Origin: an uncultured delta proteobacterium
GTDB taxonomy: Bacteria > Desulfobacterota > Binatia > JACPRU01
Assembly (NCBI GenBank): GCA_963745025.1
Contig: CAVUWD010000016.1
Span: 576,001 to 640,000 of the forward strand
Length of the DNA stretch: 64,000 bases
Direction: 5' to 3'
The notes below the pieces were generated by a model. That model was not told the DNA's origin, did not search any database, and worked only from the letters and a program-made list of their open reading frames with translations. The translations under genes were made by a program, and so were the position numbers. Below, piece by piece: positions 57,007-64,000 of the stretch (position 1 is the stretch's first letter; each line of letters begins with the position of its first letter).

Positions 57007-57324
57007 CGGGCGCCTTGTCCGTGCGCCGCCGTAGACACGGGAGTGTCGAAGGACGAATATCGGAGCGTTACGTCAACCAGGCCGCTTGTCCTGGCTAACC
57101 TCTATGAGTGGAGAATCGATCCGGATCGACAGAGTTCTGACGACCCGCTCGCGATTCGTGTGCTCATGAACGCCACCGACTTTTAAAGAGAGCGCGAGTC
57201 TTTACCTATCTCGGCGAACGCTGCGGGTGGTGGGACGGTGGTAACAAAAAGCCATGAGTCGATGAGATCAACAGATTTAATTGTCGATGATCAGTGTTTC
57301 TTTGCGGATCATGGATGAAGGCGC

Positions 57325-57675
57325 ATGAAGGGGCCATCGTTCGTGTGGTTTATGGGAATCACCGCGATGTTCGCGTTGTTCAGCAGCTGCGCGTTCTTCA
57401 GCCATCAACCGACCGGCCATATCTCGGTGAAAGCGGTTTCTTGGAAGCTGGTCCAACAATACGCTGAACCTGAGGCCGGATTGGTGGGGCACAAGATAAC
57501 GATCATCGATCCTTCGGACGGCCGAGTCGTTGCGGAGAAGCTAACGGATAATCTTGGATACGCCATCTTCGACGTGCCCGCTGGCAGCTATACCATAGAG
57601 GGTATCGGCGGTGAGCCTCAAAATGTCATTGTTTCGCCGGGTCAGACAGTCGGGTTTAAGTTGATCGTGCATTAG
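57325..57675 (+). CDS. Hypothetical lipoprotein with beta-sandwich-like domain
   Basis: Lipobox FSSC; TD..G...F.VPAGSYTI pattern; lower GC than the flanks. Confidence 0.7.
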   Translation: MKGPSFVWFMGITAMFALFSSCAFFSHQPTGHISVKAVSWKLVQQYAEPEAGLVGHKITIIDPSDGRVVAEKLTDNLGYAIFDVPAGSYTIEGIGGEPQNVIVSPGQTVGFKLIVH

Positions 57676-58167
57676 TGCCATCTGAAGTGGACGACACAGG
57701 TCGGTCCGGTCCTAGCGCCGCGCGCGAAAGAGGAACCGCGACGGCGCGCGAGGCCGGCTCCCCTGCCCTCTTCGATCGCCGAATCCCGAGCAGGGAGCGT
57801 CCGGTTTATCAACCGGATGGTCCGCCAGAAAACTGTCGCGCGCCCGAGCCCTTTGGGAGCGAGTCGAAAAAACACGAGCCGCGGAGGCGAGCATATTCCT
57901 GTCCGTTGCTACACCCGACCACCGGGGAACCCCACGGGTCGCCCCCCGGTCTGCTAAGTAAGGGGGCCCCCTTCCCGCCTCTCGGCGGCGAGTTTCTCAT
58001 GCGAAAGACATCCGGCGACTCCTGCCGTCGAGGTGTCCACCGGGTGTCCACGAGGTGTCCACCGTGAGCTTTCTTGACCGACGTTGACCTACTACCCGCA
58101 CGGGCTAAACGTCGATTTGCCGCTGTGATACGCTCCGAGCTGCCTTGGCGTGAGCCGGCGCGCTTGT

Positions 58168-58209
58168 TTCCTAATCCTGGGGTCGCGCGTTCGAGTCGCG
58201 CCGGGGGCA
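58168..58209 (+). repeat. att core: copy of tRNA-Arg 3' half
   Basis: 42/42 identical to 56466-56507. Confidence 0.95.
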
Positions 58210-58291
58210 CTTAGGTTTTTTGCTTCTGAACGTTTGTTTGACCAACTATTTTGACCAACTACAGCTTTGAGAAGGCTTAAAGCTCCCGGGC

Positions 58292-58582
58292 TCATCCTCG
58301 GCCTTCTCCGAGAAGCGCCTGCATCTTCGTCGCTGCATCGTGCTTCATTCTGTCGACGACGTGCTGTAGATGACCGTCGTCGATATTTGGCTATGGCCGA
58401 GCATCTGCATGATGGTGCGCTCGTGGACGCCTTGCAGGGCGAGGAGCGTACCCGCGGTGTGGCGGAGGTCGTGAAAGCGCACGGCTGGCAGCCCCGCACT
58501 CTTGAGCAGCGCCTTGAAGTCGCGTCGGAGGTTCCGCGGATGGATCGGCGTCCCGAGTGTGGTCGTGAAAACGAGGCCGTGC
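58292..58582 (-). pseudogene. Tyrosine integrase C-terminal remnant
   Basis: HGLVFTT..GTPIHPRNL..RFHDLRHT..LGHSQISTTVIY, then a frameshift; N-terminal part is missing. Confidence 0.9.
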
Positions 58583-58942
58583 TACCATCCAGCCTTCCTT
58601 GCGGCGGACGACCGATTTCCGGATGCGCACTTCCTCGCGGTATGGGGCGGAGAAGGCGAGTTCGACGAGCTCGAACGGGGGCGCCACAGTGATGAAGGCC
58701 AAAAGTGCGCGGATGAGAAGTGCAAGGCCGCCGCGGCGAACGTCGAAGCGGTCTACGATGAGCTAGAGCGGCGCACCTACGAATTCCTCGACCTCGGCTG
58801 GATTTATGACGCAAAGAACGCCGACCCCGAAGGCTTCGAGGCGCGCATGACGGCGGGCGATCGTCTCGTCGGAATTCCGACTCGCGATGAACTCCTCGAG
58901 GCGAGACGCGCGGCGGGGCTGGCAGCGGAGGTGATGCAGTGA
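58583..58942 (+). pseudogene. 3' part of a hypothetical gene truncated at the deletion junction
   Basis: Open frame ending EVMQ* and coupled to the next gene; its 5' end runs into antisense integrase sequence. Confidence 0.45.
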
Positions 58943-59166
58943 GCCCGGCATGGATCAAGGGGCTAAAGGAGACGCAGGAGCGCCTCATGGCGGAGATCAA
59001 GAGCCACTGCGGGCTGCTGGATAGCGACCAACCGGATCTCTCGAGGCTCAGGATGGGCGATCTTCGCAAGCTCGGGGTCGTCATGGACGACTACATGCAC
59101 AGCACGGTTGCGGAAGCCGAGAAGGAAGCGGGCGAAAACGGCGCCGGCACCGAGGTGACGCAGTGA
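58939..59166 (+). CDS. Small hypothetical protein
   Basis: SD GGAGGT and GTGA overlaps at both ends. Confidence 0.6.
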   Translation: MSPAWIKGLKETQERLMAEIKSHCGLLDSDQPDLSRLRMGDLRKLGVVMDDYMHSTVAEAEKEAGENGAGTEVTQ

Positions 59167-59513
59167 GCGCCGCCGCGCCAGCGATCAAGGTCGGCGACCG
59201 TGTTCGTATTTCGAAGGCCTGGCTCCAGCGGAACGGCGCCGTGAACGATCCGAAGATGCGCGGCGTCCAGTGGTTGCCACGCGAACGATCCGCAAAGAAG
59301 GCAGATTCGCCTCGATCAAGTTTGATGAGTGCGACGAGCCAGAGGAGTGGGGGATCGAGGCGTTCGTGTGGTTTCGATTGATCCGCGGCGGACTCGATGG
59401 AGTCGGGAGCTAGGGGCGATGGCCGTCAAGCTCCGCGAATGGCAGCGCGATGATGTTCGGCGACGGCTTCGCGAACAGGCCACGCCTGACGCGCGTGGGG
59501 GAGGTACCTTACG

Positions 59514-59816
59514 ATGAGATTCAGGAGGGGGCGTTTTTATCTACTGGCAACGATGGTCGCCCTTGCGGCCCTCAACCCGTTTTCACAGCGCATCGCTGTC
59601 GCTCAGATTCCGGATGCGCCCGGAACCTTCACAGATTCAGACGGGGACGGGGTGAGCGACGACGCTGGGGAAGCCGAGCCTCTAGAGAAAGGGGTTAAGC
59701 CCAAATCCAACGAACCCGCGCCCGACCCCGCTCGTGACACGATCGACGAAATGAACAGGGCCACGGAAAGGGCCAGCGGTACCCCGGAGCCAGAACCGAC
59801 ACCAAAGTGGGACTGA
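59514..59816 (+). CDS. Small secreted acidic protein
   Basis: SD GGAGG, signal peptide, DSDGDGVSD Ca-binding-like motif. Confidence 0.6.
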   Translation: MRFRRGRFYLLATMVALAALNPFSQRIAVAQIPDAPGTFTDSDGDGVSDDAGEAEPLEKGVKPKSNEPAPDPARDTIDEMNRATERASGTPEPEPTPKWD

Positions 59817-60106
59817 GCAAGGCGATGTTCGGCGACGGCTTCGAGCAGAGCACCATTAAGGTCGGCCTTCTTCTAATCGTGCTCGTAGCCGCTCAGGGCT
59901 GCGCAACGCACGTCGTGGAGTCCGTCGCCGTCGTGAAGTCGGATCCGCGTTCTGTCATCGTGCATTCGCCGGGGAACGACGCCGCAAAGGCTCAGGAGGT
60001 AGCGGACGCCGAATGCGCCAGAAACTTACTTTTCGCGGTGGCGGTGGAAGCTGATCCCCACGAAGAGAACTACGTGTTCAAATGCGTCGACCGTTTCGGG
60101 AACTGA
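59807..60106 (+). CDS. Small lipoprotein (start uncertain)
   Basis: LLLIVLVAAQGC lipobox and two further Cys. Confidence 0.55.
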   Translation: MGLSKAMFGDGFEQSTIKVGLLLIVLVAAQGCATHVVESVAVVKSDPRSVIVHSPGNDAAKAQEVADAECARNLLFAVAVEADPHEENYVFKCVDRFGN

Positions 60107-60107
60107 C

Positions 60108-60707
60108 ATGCGCACGGCCGCGGGCTTCGCCCTGGTGCTCGTTTTCGCCGCCTGCGCAGCGCCCATGCCGCGCCCTGAGCCCGCGGCGCTGGAGGCGAGG
60201 GCCGAGCTACCTCCGCACGTCGTAGAGGTCGCCTACGGGCTCTACTCGTGCGAGCGCGGCTACGTCATCCGGCAAGGCTGCTGCATCTCGCTCGCTGACA
60301 TCCCGCCAGGGCCTGTCGTGGAGATCTCGAGCCTACCCTCGGCCGGCGACGGGGCGCCGAGAATTTGTCCGAGCGGCGGCTGCGGCTCCTACGTCATGCC
60401 GACCTATTTGACCTCATACTCGGCGCCGGCCTACGGATACCCCTGGTACGGCTACGGCGGCTGGCCCGGCTTCTACTACGGCAGCCGGTTCTGCGCCCCG
60501 CACGTGCGACGCTTTCGCGGAGGCGAGCTGGCCTTCGCCGGGTTCGGCTCGTTCGGGCGGGAGCGGAGGCTCGCGCCGGCCGGATTCTTCGGTGCGCCTC
60601 CGCGTCAGTCGCCCGCGGTGCGCCGCTCCACGGGCGGCAGGTTCTTCGCCGGGAGCTCGCGCGGTGTTGCAGCACAGCGCAGCGCCAGGGGTGGAGCGTG
60701 GCGGTGA
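60108..60707 (+). CDS. Cys- and Gly/Tyr-rich lipoprotein
   Basis: Lipobox FAAC, CERGY..GCC, CPSGGC, YGYPWYGYGG. Confidence 0.65.
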   Translation: MRTAAGFALVLVFAACAAPMPRPEPAALEARAELPPHVVEVAYGLYSCERGYVIRQGCCISLADIPPGPVVEISSLPSAGDGAPRICPSGGCGSYVMPTYLTSYSAPAYGYPWYGYGGWPGFYYGSRFCAPHVRRFRGGELAFAGFGSFGRERRLAPAGFFGAPPRQSPAVRRSTGGRFFAGSSRGVAAQRSARGGAWR

Positions 60708-60880
60708 AGCAACGCTGAACTTCTCCCCTACCCTTTTCGATTCTTGACCAACTATTTGACCAACTACAGCATCATTCGCAGTGGAATCTATGGACGTGCG
60801 ACCCGAGGAGAAACACCTGAAAGCCAGGAAAAACGCGGATTCTGGACGGAGTGGAAGCCAGCGGAAATGCACTATTCGAT

Positions 60881-60922
60881 TTCCTAATCCTGGGGTCGCG
60901 CGTTCGAGTCGCGCCGGGGGCA
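60881..60922 (+). repeat. att core: second copy of tRNA-Arg 3' half
   Basis: 42/42 identical to 56466-56507. Confidence 0.95.
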
Positions 60923-61277
60923 TAATGATTTTGGCTACTTGTTCCGATGCGCGGACTTGCCATCTGAAGCTGTGCCACTGTAGCAGTGGCGGCCGGTGCC
61001 TGTCCCGGGCGGTGCGGAAAGTAGCCGAGCACGTCCCGGTGACGGTGCAAGCGTCTCCCGAGTCGCGGACGGGAGTGTGCCGATAACGGAATTGCGTCAT
61101 GGCGTCATCGTGTAGAGTTGGCTACGCTCTGTCCCTTATGTTGACGTGCAACCCCTCTAGTGTTTCCTATGGTCCGTGCCGGGGGCCTGAACGGGCATCT
61201 GGCCCTCCGCTCCGAACGAGAAAGTAATCGCCGGCGGAGCCCGAGATCTGCGGGCCGTTGCAGAGAGAGGAACCGCC

Positions 61278-62918
61278 ATGACTGCATCAGACACCTCGAC
61301 CGAACTCCGTTTTGAGCCGCCAGGGCCAGGATCGTGGGAGCAAGACCCCGTACACTTCCCGCGCCCGATGACGCGCTACTTCCAGGAGACGCATCCCCCC
61401 TCCTTCAAGAGGGGCACCAACGACTTCGCCCGCTTCTACGGGATGCTCATCGACGGCCTCCAGATCGCCTACGTGAACGGCTTCGGCTACAACCAGGTAC
61501 TGCCGGCTCCGGACGCCGAACTCCCCGGGCGCTTTCAGCGCGCTGAACAAGTCTTCGCGCAGAAGCTCTGGCGGGAGCAGCTTCGCGACTGGGACGAGAA
61601 TCGCAAACCATCCTCCATTGCCACGCACCGGGAGCTGCAGGCCGTCAATCCGGACGCCCTCTCCGACGCGGAGCTGGTCGCCTATCTGACGCGCTGTCGC
61701 GACCACCATTCGGCCATGATCGCCCAGCACATGCGCTTCACCGCCGGTGCCGTGATCCCAACCGGGGACTTCCTCGCACACGTCGGGGACTGGACGGGTC
61801 TGCCGCCATCCGAGCTGCTGGGCCTGATGCGTGGTTCGGCAGTGGTGTCCTCGGGTGGCTCCGACGAGATGGAGCGCCTGAAGAGGACGTTCGCCCAGGA
61901 TCCCGCTGCCCGCGAGGTCCTCGCATCTGACGGCGACCCCGCACAGGTGCTCGCGAGCCTGCGTTCCCTCGGGGGCGAAGCAGGAGCGGCGGTCTCCGGC
62001 TACCTCGACTTGGTCGGCAACCGCCTTATCGACGGCTTCGACATCGCCGAGCCCTCGGCGCTCGAAGTGCCGGACGCACTCCTTAGGGCCATCCGCATCG
62101 CCGTTTCCGGAGAAGCCCAGGCCGCCTCGGACGTCGATGCCCGCATTGCCGAAGTCCGCGCCCAGGTCCCCGCGGCGCACCAGGCCCAGTTCGACGAACT
62201 GCTCGGCGAGGCCCGCCTCACCTACCGCCTCCGCGACGAGCGTGGCGTCTACAGCGACATCTGGGCCTCGGGCCTCATGCGGCGCGCCACCCTTGCGGCT
62301 GGCCGGCGGGTTGCGAGTCGCGGCCGCATCGCCACCCCCCAGCAGATGCTGGACGCCAGCCTCGACGAGATGTGCGCGCTGGTCGCCGGCGCTGGTGGCC
62401 CGTCCGCGGACGAGCTCGCCAAGCGCGCCGAATACCGCGCGACCCACACTGCCAAAGACGTCCCGCCCTTCCTTGGCCCGCCCAAACCGCCCCCGCCTGA
62501 CCTCGCGGCCCTTCCCCCATCGGTCGGCCGCCTCATGCGCGCGACCTTCATCGCCTTGGGCCACCTCTTCGGGAGCTCCCAGGCGCAGAACGAAGAAAAG
62601 ATCCTCTACGGGCTCGCGGCGAGCAAGGGCGTCTACGAAGGGCCCGCGCGCCGCGTCTCCGGCCCCAACGAGTTCGGCCGGATCGCCAAGGGCGACGTGC
62701 TCGTCACCGAGTCGACGACCGAGGCCTTCAACATCCTCCTCCCGCTCCTTGGCGGGATCGTCACCGACAACGGCGGCCTCCTTTCACACGCGGCGATCGT
62801 CTCGCGCGAGTACGGCATCCCCGGCGTCGTCGGGACCCGCGAGGCGACCGAACGCATCGCCGACGGCGTCCTTGTCCGCGTTGACGGCGATGCCGGCGAA
62901 GTCACGGTGCTTGGATGA
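61278..62918 (+). CDS. PEP-utiliser family protein: large N-terminal domain plus swivelling phospho-His domain
   Basis: C-terminal G.AAS.G..EG.AR, GDVLV, GGLLSHAAIVSREYGIPGVVG, VDG..G.V; SD GAGG. Confidence 0.88.
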   Translation: MTASDTSTELRFEPPGPGSWEQDPVHFPRPMTRYFQETHPPSFKRGTNDFARFYGMLIDGLQIAYVNGFGYNQVLPAPDAELPGRFQRAEQVFAQKLWREQLRDWDENRKPSSIATHRELQAVNPDALSDAELVAYLTRCRDHHSAMIAQHMRFTAGAVIPTGDFLAHVGDWTGLPPSELLGLMRGSAVVSSGGSDEMERLKRTFAQDPAAREVLASDGDPAQVLASLRSLGGEAGAAVSGYLDLVGNRLIDGFDIAEPSALEVPDALLRAIRIAVSGEAQAASDVDARIAEVRAQVPAAHQAQFDELLGEARLTYRLRDERGVYSDIWASGLMRRATLAAGRRVASRGRIATPQQMLDASLDEMCALVAGAGGPSADELAKRAEYRATHTAKDVPPFLGPPKPPPPDLAALPPSVGRLMRATFIALGHLFGSSQAQNEEKILYGLAASKGVYEGPARRVSGPNEFGRIAKGDVLVTESTTEAFNILLPLLGGIVTDNGGLLSHAAIVSREYGIPGVVGTREATERIADGVLVRVDGDAGEVTVLG

Positions 62919-64000
62919 AAAAGGTCGTCCCCTTCACGAAGGCGCGCGAGACATCGCTCTATGGGTCGAAGGCCGTGGGGCTCGGCGACGCCGCGCGCCA
63001 GGGCCTCGCGGTACCGCCCGGCGTGGCGCTCTCGGGCGACTTGGTCGAGGCCGTCGCCTCGGGGGAGGACAAGGCCATTGAAAAGGTGGCGAAGGCCGTC
63101 GCCGCCTTGCCGCCCCCGTTCGCCGTCCGGTCGTCGGCCGTCGACGAAGACAGCGCGGCGGCGAGCTTCGCCGGCCAGCACCTCACCGTGCTCAATGTCC
63201 ATTCGGCGGCCGATGTCCCCGGCGCCGTCCGCGAAGTCTGGTGGTCTGCGAACTCGGACTCGGCCATCACCTACCGCCAGCGTGTCGGCCTGTTCACCCG
63301 GCCGAGCGTCGGCGTCGTCGTCCAGACGCTCCTCAACCCCACCGTCGCCGGGGTCATGTTCACCGAGAACCCGGTCACCGGCGCCGATGAGCGCCTGATC
63401 GAAGCGAGTTGGGGCCTCGGTGAAGCCGTGGTCGCCGGCCTCGTCGTCCCGGACCACTTCCGCCTCGACCGTTCCGGCCAAGTGCTGGAGCGCAAGGTCG
63501 GGCGCAAGCGCATCGCGATCCGCTCGCTCCCGAACGGGGGCACCTTCGAGCAGCAAGTGCCACCCGCGCAGGTGAACCAGCTCTGCCTCGACGAGTCCCA
63601 GCTCGTGGCCTTGGGCGAACTCGCCCTGCAGTGCGAGAAGGTCTACGGCCCGCGGCGCGACATCGAATGGGCGTTCCAAGATGGGACGCTCTATCTCCTC
63701 CAGTGCCGCGCCGTCACCACCGGGAAGGCGCGCAGCGAGGCACCCCCACCGGGTCCGCCCCCGCGCGACCCCGTGGCCGCCCTCCGGCGCACCCCCTTCT
63801 TCGCCGATATGGACCGGAGGCAGGCCGAGCAAATCGCCCGCCTGCTCAAGGAGCGCCGCTTCGCGAAGGGCGAGACCGTCATCATGGAGGGCTCCGGAGG
63901 CGCCGCCTTCTTCCTCATCGACTGCGGGGAGGCCACGGTCTCGAGCAAAGGCGTCCACCTCGCCACCTTCGGCCCGGGCGACTGCTTCGGCGAGCTCGCC
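62915..64000 (+). CDS. PPDK_N ATP-grasp domain fused to cNMP-binding domain (runs off window)
   Basis: Manual translation: GSKA..L, AVRSSAVDED..SFAGQ, SWGLGEAVVAG, DIEWA, LLQCR, then F..GETVIMEG..FFLI..G..GPGDCFGELA. Confidence 0.88.
   Translation, partial: MKKVVPFTKARETSLYGSKAVGLGDAARQGLAVPPGVALSGDLVEAVASGEDKAIEKVAKAVAALPPPFAVRSSAVDEDSAAASFAGQHLTVLNVHSAADVPGAVREVWWSANSDSAITYRQRVGLFTRPSVGVVVQTLLNPTVAGVMFTENPVTGADERLIEASWGLGEAVVAGLVVPDHFRLDRSGQVLERKVGRKRIAIRSLPNGGTFEQQVPPAQVNQLCLDESQLVALGELALQCEKVYGPRRDIEWAFQDGTLYLLQCRAVTTGKARSEAPPPGPPPRDPVAALRRTPFFADMDRRQAEQIARLLKERRFAKGETVIMEGSGGAAFFLIDCGEATVSSKGVHLATFGPGDCFGELA

Larger units (their letters stand above)
56508..58209. mobile_element. tRNA-integrated mini-island A (no integrase)
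   Basis: Bounded by the tRNA 3' 42 bp and its exact copy at 58168-58209; GTGTCCA(C) repeats near both ends. Confidence 0.8.
58210..60922. mobile_element. tRNA-integrated mini-island B (decayed)
   Basis: Lies between two att copies; paired TTGACCAACTA repeats at both ends; contains an integrase remnant. Confidence 0.85.

Noticed and set aside
59452-59843. 20-bp repeats as integron attC sites
   Set aside because: There is no RYYYAAC/GTTRRRY pair enclosing a long imperfect palindrome, and the integrase remnant gives no sign of being IntI.
56466-60922. Three identical 42-bp repeats as a CRISPR array or extra tRNAs
   Set aside because: Spacing is in kilobases and the repeats are tRNA 3' halves without a D-arm, so they are att sites.
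57676-60969. 12-bp match TGCCATCTGAAG at 57676 and 60958
   Set aside because: It is short enough to arise by chance and does not sit at equivalent positions relative to the att sites.
61140-61277. Leader of the PEP-utiliser gene as a rifamycin-associated element or riboswitch
   Set aside because: Only 5-6 bp GC stems are present, which is expected by chance at this GC content. I could not match it convincingly to the RAE palindrome or a known riboswitch; an Rfam scan would settle it.

Overview
GC-rich bacterial chromosomal window. The gene mix (LLM oxidoreductase, enoyl-CoA hydratase, acyl-CoA dehydrogenase, thiolase, multiheme cytochrome, sigma-54 regulation) suggests a deltaproteobacterial-type lineage such as Ca. 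Binatia; this is inference only. Contents in order: a probable AhpD-like selenoprotein (in-frame TGA in CxxU plus SECIS-like hairpin), nth, an SDR, an ABC exporter, MoxR/VWA, TolC-MacAB and MarR-MdtABC efflux, an LLM oxidoreductase, a TolB-like/M48/lipoprotein/HEAT envelope cluster, a branched acyl-CoA cluster (ACAD, biotin carboxylase, HMGS-like-DUF35 fusion, thiolase), malic enzyme, an orphan pntA, a PilB-type ATPase with zinc-ribbon and REC tail, and a diheme-sensor sigma-54 two-component system upstream of a Rieske/cytochrome b/nonaheme cytochrome c cluster. Then come tRNA-Arg(CCT) with two tandem decayed mini-islands, each with its own end repeats, and a split PEP-utiliser-family phosphotransferase whose ATP-grasp half carries a cNMP-binding domain. 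Many conserved genes have single-base frameshifts that are most likely sequencing or assembly indels.
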